A stretch of DNA of 64,000 nucleotides from Alphaproteobacteria bacterium (lineage in GTDB: Bacteria > Pseudomonadota > Alphaproteobacteria > SHVV01). Position 1 is the first letter of the stretch; the number at the start of each line of letters is the position of its first letter. Made by a program: the position numbers and the translations under genes. A model generated the notes under the pieces. It saw nothing but the letters and a program-made list of their open reading frames with translations. It ran no database searches and was not told the origin of the DNA. This document shows positions 50,821 to 62,130 of the stretch, piece by piece. The stretch lies in assembly GCA_965261735.1 (NCBI GenBank), contig OZ253470.1:800001-864000 (forward strand), in the 5' to 3' direction.

Positions 50821-51243
50821 TCAGCCGAGGATCTTGAGCGCCGCCTCGGCACACTCCATGTCCTGGCTGTAGTGGCCGCCGCTGACGCCGAGGCCACCGA
50901 CGATGGCACCGCCCACTGTTACCGGATAGCCGCCGCCGAAGATGATGAGGTCCTCGATGTTGAGCGCGCCGGCAGCGAGCGGCGGGTCGTCCTTGATGAA
51001 GTCGTGCCAGGCATGCGTCGGCATGCCGAAGCCGGCCGCCGTCTTGGCCTTGTTGTGGGCGACGTCGACGGCCAATAGCGCCGCGCCGTCCATGCGCAGG
51101 AACGCCTTGCGCACGCCGCTTTCATCGCACACGTCGATCGCCATCGGCACGCCCATCTCGCCCGCCTTCTCGGCGGCCGCCATGATCAGCCGCGTCGCGA
51201 GATCGGCGGAAATGCTCTGCTTCGTCGTGGTTTCACCGGCCAT
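50821..51243 (-). CDS. GlcG/HbpS heme-binding family protein
   Basis: AFLRMDGA, KAKTA, GGGYP and GGLGVSGG...QD motifs. Confidence 0.88.
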   Translation of the reverse strand: MAGETTTKQSISADLATRLIMAAAEKAGEMGVPMAIDVCDESGVRKAFLRMDGAALLAVDVAHNKAKTAAGFGMPTHAWHDFIKDDPPLAAGALNIEDLIIFGGGYPVTVGGAIVGGLGVSGGHYSQDMECAEAALKILG

Positions 51244-51369
51244 CGTTCCCTCCCTCGGAGTGTTCCTTTAGACCGCCGTCGCGGCGGCGCGAGACTAACA
51301 AATGACGCCGGCGATGAATAGCGGGGGCGCGTTTCAGTCGCGGGCTTCCGGCTCTTTCTGCTGCGACGG

Positions 51370-51666
51370 CTAGATCAGGTCGCCGAGCTTGAGGGCGAGG
51401 CTCATGGCGCCGTCGACCTTGAGCTTACCCATCATGAAGGCGGTGGTCGGGTTGAGCTCGCCCGCGATCATGTCGTTGAAATCGTCGAGCGCCATCCTGA
51501 TCGTGCAGTCGGCCTCGCGGTCCTCGTTGCTCACGCGGTTGGGGACCGAGGCTGCGTCGACGAAGATCACGCCGTCGGCGCCAAAGTCGAACTTGACGGT
51601 GGCGCCGAGGCCAGAGTCCTCGCCCACGCGTTCGCGGAACGATTGGGTGAGCGCATCGATAGTCAT
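51370..51666 (-). CDS. SCP2 sterol/lipid carrier protein
   Basis: ADCTI...GELNPTTAFMMGKLKVDG. Confidence 0.9.
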   Translation of the reverse strand: MTIDALTQSFRERVGEDSGLGATVKFDFGADGVIFVDAASVPNRVSNEDREADCTIRMALDDFNDMIAGELNPTTAFMMGKLKVDGAMSLALKLGDLI

Positions 51667-51684
51667 GGCGGCCTCCTCGGCGGA

Positions 51685-52878
51685 TCAGATGACGCCGTCT
51701 GCCTTGAGCGCGACGATGGCTGCCGCGTCGTAGCCGAGGGAGTCGAGTATCTCGTCGGTGTGCTCACCGTGGAGCGGCGCGTGGCGGTCGATGGTGAAGG
51801 TGAAGTCGCTGAACTTGATGGGAAAGGCGAACTGGCGCACGGGGCCGTCGGTAGGGTGGTCGTAGCCCGCGAACATGCCGCGCGCGATGAGCTGCTCGTT
51901 CTCGAAGCTCTCGGCCATGTCGAGAACCGGCGCGAGGCAGCAATCGACGCGCTCGGCGAAGGCGATCCAGTGCGCTTGCGGCTCGCCCTCGAAGATCGCC
52001 GCCACCTCGGCCCGGACCGCATCGCCCGCCTCGTCCCAGCTTCGGCCCTTGTCCGCCAGGTCGGGTCGCCCGACGCCCTCGCAGAAGGCGTGCCAGAACT
52101 TGTCCTCGAGCGCGCCCAGGCTCATGTGGCGCGCATCCTTCGTCTCGTAGATGCCGTAGCACGGGAGGCCGCCTGAGATGTAGTCGTCGCCGCGGGCGCG
52201 CGTCTGCCCGAGCGCCTCGATGCGCGCCAGCGTGATGACGGCGTGGGCGAGCGTACAGTCGGTCATGGCGACGTCGACGTAGCGCCCCCTTCCGCTGCGC
52301 TGCGCGTCGACGAGGGCGGCCAGTATCCCCATCGCGCAGCTCAACGTACCGCCCGCGAGGTCGGCGATCTGGAAGTTGGGCACCGCCGGCGGCCCGCCCT
52401 TGACGCCGATCTGGTCGGCGACGCCCGCGTAGGCGCAGTAGTTGACGTCGTGGCCGGCGCGTAGTCGGTAGGGCCCGTCCTGGCCGTAGCCGGAGAGCGC
52501 GCAGTAGACGATGCGCGCATTGAGCGCCTTGATCGCCTCGTAGCCGATGCCGAGCCGGTCGACGACGCCCGGCCGGAAGCTCTCGAAGATCACGTCGGCG
52601 CCCTTGGCGAGCGCCAGGAACACCTCCTTGCCAGCGGGCTTCTTGAGGTCGAGCTTAATCGCCCGCTTGTTGCGCCCGACCGTGAGGTAGAAGGCGGAGT
52701 GCAACGTCTTCTTGGGCTCGATCCAGCGCGAGTAGTCGCCGACCCCGGTGTCCTCGACCTTGATCACGTCGGCGCCCATGTCGGCGAGGTGCGTGGTACA
52801 AAGCGCACCCGGCAACAGCCGCGACAGGTCGATCACCCGGATACCGGCCAGCGGCTTGTCGCGCTTAGCGTTCGCCAT
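51685..52878 (-). CDS. CaiB/BaiF class III CoA-transferase (alpha-methylacyl-CoA racemase-like)
   Basis: LADMGADVIKVE, FRPGVVDRLG, GHDVNY and ADLAGG motifs. Confidence 0.9.
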   Translation of the reverse strand: MANAKRDKPLAGIRVIDLSRLLPGALCTTHLADMGADVIKVEDTGVGDYSRWIEPKKTLHSAFYLTVGRNKRAIKLDLKKPAGKEVFLALAKGADVIFESFRPGVVDRLGIGYEAIKALNARIVYCALSGYGQDGPYRLRAGHDVNYCAYAGVADQIGVKGGPPAVPNFQIADLAGGTLSCAMGILAALVDAQRSGRGRYVDVAMTDCTLAHAVITLARIEALGQTRARGDDYISGGLPCYGIYETKDARHMSLGALEDKFWHAFCEGVGRPDLADKGRSWDEAGDAVRAEVAAIFEGEPQAHWIAFAERVDCCLAPVLDMAESFENEQLIARGMFAGYDHPTDGPVRQFAFPIKFSDFTFTIDRHAPLHGEHTDEILDSLGYDAAAIVALKADGVI

Positions 52879-52930
52879 GGGATCCCTCTCGGTTGATGGC
52901 ACGCGGACGCACCGACACCGTCCGCCTCGT

Positions 52931-53440
52931 TCAGTTCGCCTGGTTCTGCTCGGCGTGCCGCGCGCGAATCGCGCCGGCGCGCGCCTCGAGCTCCCTCGCC
53001 CGCGCCTCGCTCCGCGCAACCCGCAACAGCGCGGCGTACTCGTCCAGCGCGGCCGCGACCTTGGCGTGGTCGGGCCCGAGGGTCGCTTCCATCGCGGCCA
53101 GCGCCCGCACGAACAGCCGGCTCGCGTCGCTAGCGCGAGCGGTGTCGCGATAGTGGCGCGCTAGCACGAGGAGATCCGGGGTGCCGATGCCGATAAGGTT
53201 GAGCGCATTCCTGAGCGCGCGCCGGCGCGGGCCGGGATAGGCGGCCCCAGCCTCGTCGATCTCGATGCGCGTACGCGGCACGACCACGGTCCGGCCCTTC
53301 GAGAAGGGCGGCGGCTGAGAGACCTGCGGCATCTCGGTGATGCGCACGGTCGGCCCAGCGGCGGCCGCATCCGCCGACAGGAGGCCCGCCTCCAAGGCTG
53401 CGAGGGCCAGCGGCCACCATTTGTTTGCGTTTCGGCTCAT
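52931..53440 (-). CDS. Putative secreted protein: FlgI C-terminal-like segment fused to a TPR module
   Basis: Signal-like N-terminus; TVRITEMPQVSQPPPFSKGRTVVVPRTRIEIDE (FlgI-like); LGPDHAKVAAALDEYAALLR (TPR_10/12-like). Confidence 0.65.
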   Translation of the reverse strand: MSRNANKWWPLALAALEAGLLSADAAAAGPTVRITEMPQVSQPPPFSKGRTVVVPRTRIEIDEAGAAYPGPRRRALRNALNLIGIGTPDLLVLARHYRDTARASDASRLFVRALAAMEATLGPDHAKVAAALDEYAALLRVARSEARARELEARAGAIRARHAEQNQAN

Positions 53441-53461
53441 GGGTGGACCGGCCGCCGCGCC

Positions 53462-55255
53462 TCAGAACGCGGCTGCGTCGAGGGCCATCAGGTTGTCCTT
53501 GCCCGACGTGAGTTTCGACAACAGCGACGAGGTCTCGGGCAGGGTGCGCTCCATGAAGAAGCGCGCGCGGGCGAGCTTCGCTTCGTAGAACGCGCGGTCA
53601 CCGTCGGCGCTCTCGCTGAGCTTGCGGTGCGCGACGGCGGCCATGCGCGCCCACATCCAGGCCACGGCGACGAGCCCGAACAGGCGCAAATAGTCGCTCG
53701 CCGCGGCCGCGCCCTGCTCCGGCTCCTTGAGGCCCTGTTCGGCGATCCATGCCGTCGCCTGCTGCAGGCGGGCGAACGACTTGGCGAGCGGCATGACGTA
53801 GGGCGCGAGCGCCGCATCGCCTCCGTTCTCCTGAATGAAGCGGTCGACGGGGTGGAAGAACTGGCGCAACGAGCGGCCCATGTGGGCGGGCAGCTTGCGC
53901 CCGACGAGATCGAGCGCCTGGATGCCGTTGGCGCCCTCGTAGACCTGGCCGATACGGGCATCGCGCACGAACTGCTCCATCCCCCATTCGCGGATGTAGC
54001 CGTGGCCGCCCAGGCACTGCAGGCCGAGGTTCGTCGCCTCGAAGCCGGCGTCGGTGAAGTAGGCCTTGATGACCGGGGTCAGCAGCGAGACGAGCTCGTC
54101 GGCGTCGCGGCGCGTGCGCTCGTCCGGGTGCCGGCCCGCGAGATCGATATGGAGCGCGGTCCATAGGGCGAGGGCCCGAGCACCCTCCGCAAAAGCGCGC
54201 ATCGAAAGCAACATGCGGCGCACGTCGGCATGAACGATGATCGGGTCGGCGGCGCGCTCCGGCGCCTTGGCGCCCGCGGGCGCGCGCCCCTGGAGGCGCT
54301 CCTTGGCGTAGGCGGCGGCGTTCTGGTAGGCGACCTCGGCGAGCGAGAGCCCCTGCAGGCCGACGGACAGGCGCGCCGGGTTCATCATCGCGAACATCGC
54401 CCGCATGCCCTTGTGGGGCTCGCCGAGCAGGAAGCCGGTGGCGCCGTCGTAGTTCATGACGCAGGTGGCCGAGGCCTGGATGCCCATCTTGTGCTCGATG
54501 GCGCCGCACGAGACGGCATTGCGCGCGCCCAAGACCCCATCCTCGCCGGCCAGGAACTTGGGCACGATGAACAGGCTGATGCCGCGCACGCCCTCGGGCG
54601 CGCCGGCAATGCGCGCGAGCACGAGGTGGACGATGTTCTCGGTGAGGTCGTGCTCGCCGGCGGAGATGAAGATCTTGGTGCCGGTGATTCGATAGCTGCC
54701 GTCGGCCTCGGGCTCGGCGCGAGTGCGGATGAGGCCGAGGTCGGTGCCGCAGTGGGCCTCGGTGAGGTTCATGGTGCCGCCCCAGTCTCCGGACAGCAGC
54801 TTGGGCAGATAAGTCGCCTTCTGGGCGTCGGTGCCGTACATGTCGATGGCGTGCGCGGCGCCCGCGGCAAGGCCCGGATAGGTGCTGAAGGAGAGGTTGG
54901 CGGAACCGATCATTTCGGCGAAGCACGTGGCGACGACCTGCGGCAGGCCCTGGCCGCCATAGTCGGGATCGGCGGCGAGGCCGTTCCAGCCCCCTTCGGC
55001 GAACGTGCGGTAGGCCTCCTTGAAGCCGGCCGGGGTGGTGACGTCACCGCCCTCGAAATGGCAGCCCTCCACATCGCCCGGCTGGTTGAGGGGCGCGAGC
55101 TCCTGCTCGCACAGCTTCGCTGCCTGCTCGAGGACGGCCTCTATCACATCGGGCGAGGCCTCGGCGAAACCCGGCAGGTTGCCGAGGCGCTCGACCTCCA
55201 GCAGGTCGTGGAGGACGAAGCGGAAGTCGCGCAGGGGTGCCTGATAGGTCGGCAT
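53462..55255 (-). CDS. Long acyl-CoA dehydrogenase (~600 aa, DmdC/FadE-like)
   Basis: MPTYQAPLRD, GTMNLTEAHCGTDLG, KIFISAGEHD and YEGANGIQALDL motifs. Confidence 0.93.
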   Translation of the reverse strand: MPTYQAPLRDFRFVLHDLLEVERLGNLPGFAEASPDVIEAVLEQAAKLCEQELAPLNQPGDVEGCHFEGGDVTTPAGFKEAYRTFAEGGWNGLAADPDYGGQGLPQVVATCFAEMIGSANLSFSTYPGLAAGAAHAIDMYGTDAQKATYLPKLLSGDWGGTMNLTEAHCGTDLGLIRTRAEPEADGSYRITGTKIFISAGEHDLTENIVHLVLARIAGAPEGVRGISLFIVPKFLAGEDGVLGARNAVSCGAIEHKMGIQASATCVMNYDGATGFLLGEPHKGMRAMFAMMNPARLSVGLQGLSLAEVAYQNAAAYAKERLQGRAPAGAKAPERAADPIIVHADVRRMLLSMRAFAEGARALALWTALHIDLAGRHPDERTRRDADELVSLLTPVIKAYFTDAGFEATNLGLQCLGGHGYIREWGMEQFVRDARIGQVYEGANGIQALDLVGRKLPAHMGRSLRQFFHPVDRFIQENGGDAALAPYVMPLAKSFARLQQATAWIAEQGLKEPEQGAAAASDYLRLFGLVAVAWMWARMAAVAHRKLSESADGDRAFYEAKLARARFFMERTLPETSSLLSKLTSGKDNLMALDAAAF

Positions 55256-55291
55256 GGGATTCGCCTCTCCTGTGGGCCGCGGGCAGCGCCC

Positions 55292-57639
55292 TCAGTTGCG
55301 CAGGGGCTTGCCGGTCTCCAGCATGTGTTCGATACGGTCCAGGGTTGCCGGCATTTTAATTAGCTTACTAATGGTATCTCGCTCGAGCGCCAACAGCTCC
55401 TTCTCCGACACCGTCTCCGTCACGTCGGTGGCGCCCCCGGAGACGGCCTCGGCGAGCGCACGGGTGACGATCCCGTCGTGCGCGCTCGCCTGGCCGCTTT
55501 TCACCAGCCCGTCGACGGCCATGGTGAAGGCGGCGCGCGCACTCGGACCGGGGAGCGCGACCTCGGGCGCCGCCGGCGGCTTGTAGCGCTTCGCGAGCTT
55601 GAGCGCGCGCGCCTTGGCGTCGGCGAGCACGCGGTTGCGGTTCATGGTGATGCCGTCGTCGGGCACGAGGAAGCCGAGCTCGCGCGCTTCGGCCGCCGAG
55701 CGCGAGACCTTGGCCAGGCCGATGGTCTCGAAGGTGCGCATCAGCGGCGGCATCGGGCCGCCCGGCCGGTCGGTGCGCGCCGTGTTGCGCAGGATCAGCT
55801 CCTTGGTGCCGCCCCAACTCGGGATCAGGCCGACACCGACCTCGACGAGGCCGATGTAGCTCTCGGCGTGCGCCTGGACCGCGTCGCAATGGAGCAGCAC
55901 CTCGCAGCCGCCGCCGAGCGCCATGCCGGCGGGCGCGCCGACCACCGGAAAGGGCGCGTATTTGAGCGCGAGGAAGACGTCCTGGCCTTCCTTCACGTTC
56001 TGCTCGAGCAGCGGCCACATGGCGGTGTTGGCGGCGAACAGGGCGAGGCCGACATTGGCGCCGACCGAGAAGTTGTCGGCATCGTTGCCGATCACCAGCG
56101 CCCGATAGCCCTTTTTGTCGATCTTCGCGGCCTCGCGCACCATCGCCATGCTCGCCGAATCGAGGGCGTTCATCTTTGAATGGAACTCGAGACAGGCGAC
56201 GCCGTCGCCGAGGTCCCACAGGCTCGCCGAGGCGTTGGCGGCGATCGGCTGACTCTCACGCTTGAGGTCGGCGAGCCGGAAGGCGCCCGCCTCGACCGCG
56301 ATGTCGACATATTCGCCGCCCAACGTGAGGTATTGCTGCGCGCCCTCATGCTCACGATAGAGCGGACGCGCGCCGGCGATGCGCAGCAGCGCGGGCACGG
56401 CCAGCCCCTCGGCGGCCAACCGGTCGGCGAACCAGGCGACGCCGAGCTCGTCGATCTGCTCGAAGGGCCCGCGCTTCCAAGCGTAGCCCGCCCGCATCGC
56501 TCGATCCACGCTGACGATATCGCCGGCGATCTCGGGCACCAGGCTGGCTGCGTAGGCGAGCGTCTTGCTCAGCACCCGCCAGGCATAGCGGCCGCCGGCA
56601 TCCTCGTGCTCGACCAGCGCACGCAGGCCGTGCCTCGCCGCATCGATGCTGGCGAGATCGGGCTTGGCGGCGGGGCGGTAGGCGCCGCTCTCGAGGTCGC
56701 GCGCTTCCTTGACGCGGGCTCCGTTCGACTTGGCGAGGCGGTAGAAGCCGCCCCTGCCCTTACGCCCGGTGTAGCCCTCGGCGATCATGCCGGCGATCAA
56801 GCGGCTCAAGCGCCCTTCCGGGTCGTAGACCGCGAAGAAGGGATCGTCGGGCGCGAGCAGCGCCGCCATGCTCTGCATCACGTGCGGTGCGAGGTCGATG
56901 CCGGTGAGATCGGCGAGCCCGAAGATACCGGTCTTGGGGACGCCCATGGGGCGGCCGACGATGGCGTCGGCCTCCTCGACGCTGAGCCCGAGATCCAACG
57001 CCTCGCTCATCGCCACCGTGCTCCAGTAGATGCCGATGCGATTGGCGATAAAGCCGGGCGTGTCGTTGCAGCGCACGACTTCCTTGCCGAGGGCGGTATC
57101 GGCGAAGGCGCGGAGCGCGCTCAAGGCGCCGCGCCTGGTGCGCGGCCCGCCGACGACCTCGAGCAGGCGCATGTAGCGCGGCGGATTGAAGAAATGGGTG
57201 ATCGCGAAATCGCGGGCGAAGCGGGCCGGGAGCCCGGCGACGAGCTTGGCGAGCGGGATGGTCGAGGTGTTGGAGGACACGATCGAGCCCGCCTTGCGGA
57301 CGGCGTCGAGGCGGCGGTAGACGTCGTGCTTGACGGCAACATCCTCGACCACTGCTTCGCAAATCCAGTCGGCATCCGCGAGCAGAGCGAGGTCGTCCTC
57401 GAGGTTGCCGGGGGTGACGAGCTTCGCCGCGCGGGTCTCCATGAACGGAGCGGGCTGGGTCTTGAGCATGCGCGCGATCGCGCCCGTGGCGAGTGGGCTA
57501 CGCTCGTCCACGCCTTCGCCCGCTCCCTCGGGCACGATGTCGAGGAGTGCGACGGGGACCCCGGCGTTGGCGATGTGGGCGGCGATCGCGGCACCCATGA
57601 CGCCGGCGCCGAGGACGGCGACTTTCTCGATCTTGGCCA

Positions 57640-57640
<1 letters not shown>
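55292..57640 (-). CDS. 3-hydroxyacyl-CoA dehydrogenase/enoyl-CoA hydratase (FadN-type)
   Basis: GAGVMG, SSNTS, HFFNPPRYM, PGFIANRIG and GGGCE motifs; ends KPLRN. Confidence 0.93.
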
Positions 57641-58791
<1,151 letters not shown>

Positions 58792-58828
58792 GGAAGACCC
58801 TTCCCTGCGATGGATATTTCCGCGACCG

Positions 58829-60535
58829 CTAGCCCGCGGCGCGGCGCGGTGCGGCGGCGAGAGAAACCGCCTCGTAACCGATGATGGCCTCGAAATGGCG
58901 CTGGCAGGCGTCCTCGTTGGCGACGATACCGCGGCGCGGCGGCGGCGCGAAGTGCGTCGCCATGAAGCGGCGCGCGAGGAGCGATTTGCGCGCATCGCCC
59001 TCGCCTTCGCCGGCGCTCGCCTCGTCGAGCAGCAGGGCCGCCGCCAGAGTATCGGCGAGCAGGTCCATGAGCCGGCGGGCGTGGCGCTCCGCGGCCGCCG
59101 CGTCCCGGCGCACCAGCGCTACCGCCTCGCGGCAATCCGCGAGCGCGGCCTCGACGCCCGCCGCGACGTCGCCCACGGCGGCGGGCGCGCTCGCGACAAT
59201 GGTCTCTAGACGCTCGCTGAAGGCGTCGTAGCCCGGGTAGCGCTCGCCGATCATGCGCAGCACCTCGAGCGCCTGGATGTTGGCCGGCCCTTCCCACACC
59301 GTGGTTACTTGGGCGTCGCGCAACAGGCGCGGCGTCACCCTGTCGTCGACATAGCCGTTGCCGCCGATGATCTCGATGGCCGCGCGGCACGTGGTGTTGG
59401 CATGCTCGGCGGTGCGGTGCTTGGCGAGCGCGGTCGCGAGCCGCAGCCACGGGCGCTCGGCCTCGTCAGCCGCGGCGGCATCGAAGGCGCGCGCGGCGGA
59501 AAAGGCGAGCGCGGTATCGGCCTCGAGCTCGACCACGATCCGCAGGAGCTCGTCGCGCACCATGGGGTAGTCCGTGATCGTCCGGCCGAAGGCCACGCGG
59601 TGGGCGGCGAAGCTTATGGCCTCGAGAAAGGCGCGGCGCTGCAGGCCGGCCGACGCCATGGCATTGTGGATGCGGCTGAACCCGAGGGCCTCCATCATCA
59701 GCTTGAAGCCCTGCGGCGGCGGCGCGATCTCGATCGCGTGCGTATCGGCTAGCTCGACCTCACCGGTGGGGATGCCGCAGGTGCCGAGCTTGTCCTTGAG
59801 GCGGCGGACGCGAAATCGGTTGGGTGAGCCGTCCTCGAGGCGAGCCGGCACCAGGTAGAGGCCGAGGCCGGCAGACCCGGCCGCCGCTCCCTCGGGCCGC
59901 GCCGTGGCCGCGGCGAGGTCGCCACCCACATTGCTGACGAACCATTTGAGGCCATCGAGGCGGACACTGTCGCCAGTGCCGCGCGCCACCGTGGTGCTGG
60001 CGCCGACGTCGCTGCCGCCATGGAGCTCGGTGGCCCAGGTGCCGGCCGTCTGCGCCGCGCCGTCCATGCGCGTGAGCTCGCCGAGGTAGCGGCGCCTGAC
60101 CGTCTCGGGCGCGAACCGGTCGAGGACGAAGGCGACCGCGCCCGTCATCGTCACGGGGCAGTGGAGCGAGACGTCGGCCTGCGACAGCAGGTAGCCCATG
60201 GCGAAGGTAATGAGGAAGGGTGCAGGTTGGTCACCATAATTGAGGCCGACCGCACCGCGCCGGTAGACCTCGCGCGAGACCGTTTCCCACAGCGGGTTGT
60301 GGTGGACTCGATTGACCGGCTCGCCGTCGCGGTCGTAGCTCTCGAGCGTCGGCCGGCCGAGGCGGTCGGTGTACGTAGCCTCCGCGTCGACCTCGTCGCC
60401 GACCCAGGCGCCGAACGCCGAAAGGGTCTCGCGCCAGCGCTCGAACGCCGCGCCGTCGGCCCGGCGCAGCACCGCGTGCAGGTTGGTATCGAGGGCGAAA
60501 AAATTCTGCCCGCGCATGTCAGGCTCATAGCGCAT
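58829..60535 (-). CDS. AidB-like acyl-CoA dehydrogenase
   Basis: CPVTMT, TELHGGSDVG, RLKDKLG, GGNGY and WEGPANIQAL motifs. Confidence 0.87.
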   Translation of the reverse strand: MRYEPDMRGQNFFALDTNLHAVLRRADGAAFERWRETLSAFGAWVGDEVDAEATYTDRLGRPTLESYDRDGEPVNRVHHNPLWETVSREVYRRGAVGLNYGDQPAPFLITFAMGYLLSQADVSLHCPVTMTGAVAFVLDRFAPETVRRRYLGELTRMDGAAQTAGTWATELHGGSDVGASTTVARGTGDSVRLDGLKWFVSNVGGDLAAATARPEGAAAGSAGLGLYLVPARLEDGSPNRFRVRRLKDKLGTCGIPTGEVELADTHAIEIAPPPQGFKLMMEALGFSRIHNAMASAGLQRRAFLEAISFAAHRVAFGRTITDYPMVRDELLRIVVELEADTALAFSAARAFDAAAADEAERPWLRLATALAKHRTAEHANTTCRAAIEIIGGNGYVDDRVTPRLLRDAQVTTVWEGPANIQALEVLRMIGERYPGYDAFSERLETIVASAPAAVGDVAAGVEAALADCREAVALVRRDAAAAERHARRLMDLLADTLAAALLLDEASAGEGEGDARKSLLARRFMATHFAPPPRRGIVANEDACQRHFEAIIGYEAVSLAAAPRRAAG

Positions 60536-60977
60536 CGATCGTCGCCCTCTTGTGTCCCAGCACTTCCTCCAGGGTACGGCAACCGTGCTCGAGCTCGCCT
60601 ATCACCTGCTCGATATCGTCGCGCTGCTGTCGAAGCTCCCCGAGCCTGGCACGCGCCTTGGCCAGGGTCACCCGGAGCTGCTCGGCCTGGCCGTCGCCGA
60701 CGTCGTAGAGATCGAGCATCTCGCCGATATCGGCGAGGCTGAAGCCGAGGCGCTTGCCGCGCAGGATGAGCTTGAGGCGCGCACGGTCGCGCCGCGAATA
60801 GATGCGCGCGCGGCCTGCACGCCTCGGCGCGAGCAGTCCCTTGTCCTCGTAGAATCGCAAGGTTCGCGGCGTCACCTGAAACTCCGAGGCGAGGTCGGTG
60901 ATGGTGTAGCTCGTGCCTGCCCCTTCGCTTCGCTCGCTCGCTCGCAGGCAAGTTCACCGCATTTGTCAATGAATGAC
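60525..60977 (-). pseudogene. liuR: MerR-family regulator (LiuR-like) with disrupted 5' end
   Basis: YTITDLASEFQVTPRTLRFYEDKGLL...LKLILRGKRLGFSL; no in-frame ATG/GTG/TTG upstream of the HTH; (GCGA)4 repeat and IS insertion at the 5' end. Confidence 0.7.
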
Positions 60978-62084
60978 CCTTGCCTATCCGGTTTACACCC
61001 ACACCCACTAGGGCTAGAATGGGCGCAACCCGGATATAGGGGAGCGCGCCATGGATGTTCTCGACCGCGCCGATCTCCCATTCCCGCATTCGCTACCCGA
61101 GTTCCAGCGACTTTTCCCCGATGATGCGGCCTGCGCCGCCTACCTGGAGAAAGCCCACTGGGGAGACGGCTTTGCCTGCCCGCACTGCGGCACGGCGGGA
61201 GAGCCGTTCCACTTTGAAAACCGCCCTGGCGTCCTGCGCTGCCGCAAGTGCCGCCAGAACACCGGGCTGACGGTGGGAACAGTGATGGAGCGTAGCCACA
61301 CTCCGCTGAACGTCTGGTTCTGGGCCGCTTATCTGGTCGCCAGTCAGACGCCCGGCATGTCCGCCGTGCAGTTTCAGCGGCAACTTGGTCTTTCGCGCTA
61401 CGAGACGGCCTTTCAAATTCTCCACAAGCTCCGCTCGGGCATGGTGCGGCCCAACCAAGACAGGATCGGTGGACAGCCCAAGAACCATGTTGAGGTGGAC
61501 GAAACCTGGGTTGGCGGGCGAACGCGTGGGGAAGGCCGTGGTGTTCACCACAAGGTTCCCGTCTCCTGTGCCATCGAGGTGCGTCATCGAAAGCCGGGCA
61601 CCAAGCTCGACAACCGGAAAGACGGACGCTATGCCGGACGCGTTCGGCTCGCCGTCGTGCTCGACCGTAGCGCCGAGTCGCTCTGTGGGTTCGTCGAGAG
61701 CACCGTCGCGCCGCGATCGCTGATCGTTACTGACGATTGGAGCGGCTATGCTGGCCTCGGGAAGCGCGGCTATGAGCACTTCGCTGTTGCCGAGTGTGGT
61801 GATCCAGAGGTTGCCGAGCAATACCTGCCGATCATCCATCTGGTTTTCGCCAACCTGAAGACGTGGCTGATCGGTATCCACCACGGCGTTAGCCACCAGC
61901 ACTTACAAGCCTACCTCAACGAGTTCACCTTCCGCTTCAACAGGCGGTTCTACCCGTTCAACGCCTTCCGCTCATTGCTCGGCATCGCGGGCGACACCTC
62001 TGCTCCAACTTATGCCGAGCTTTACTCGGGAGAGTGGCGGCACCCTATATGTAGCGGTCATGGGCGTTAACCGGATAGGAAAGG
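60978..62084 (+). mobile_element. IS1595-family insertion sequence (ISSod11 group), copy 2
   Basis: IRs CCTTGCCTATCCGGTT / AACCGGATAGGAAAGG; possible degenerate 8-bp duplication GAATGACC/GAATGTAC. Confidence 0.93.
61051..62070 (+). CDS. IS1595-family transposase
   Basis: 339 aa; differs from copy 1 at 5 residues. Confidence 0.95.
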   Translation: MDVLDRADLPFPHSLPEFQRLFPDDAACAAYLEKAHWGDGFACPHCGTAGEPFHFENRPGVLRCRKCRQNTGLTVGTVMERSHTPLNVWFWAAYLVASQTPGMSAVQFQRQLGLSRYETAFQILHKLRSGMVRPNQDRIGGQPKNHVEVDETWVGGRTRGEGRGVHHKVPVSCAIEVRHRKPGTKLDNRKDGRYAGRVRLAVVLDRSAESLCGFVESTVAPRSLIVTDDWSGYAGLGKRGYEHFAVAECGDPEVAEQYLPIIHLVFANLKTWLIGIHHGVSHQHLQAYLNEFTFRFNRRFYPFNAFRSLLGIAGDTSAPTYAELYSGEWRHPICSGHGR

Positions 62085-62130
62085 AATGTACGTCCACCAT
62101 GGGCTGGGCCCCAGTTCGCGCCTCCCATTC

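Noticed and set aside
53234-53243. GGATAGGC partial match to the IS1595 end within the FlgI-TPR gene
   Set aside because: Only 8 nt; the same word occurs in trpS, so a chance match is likely.
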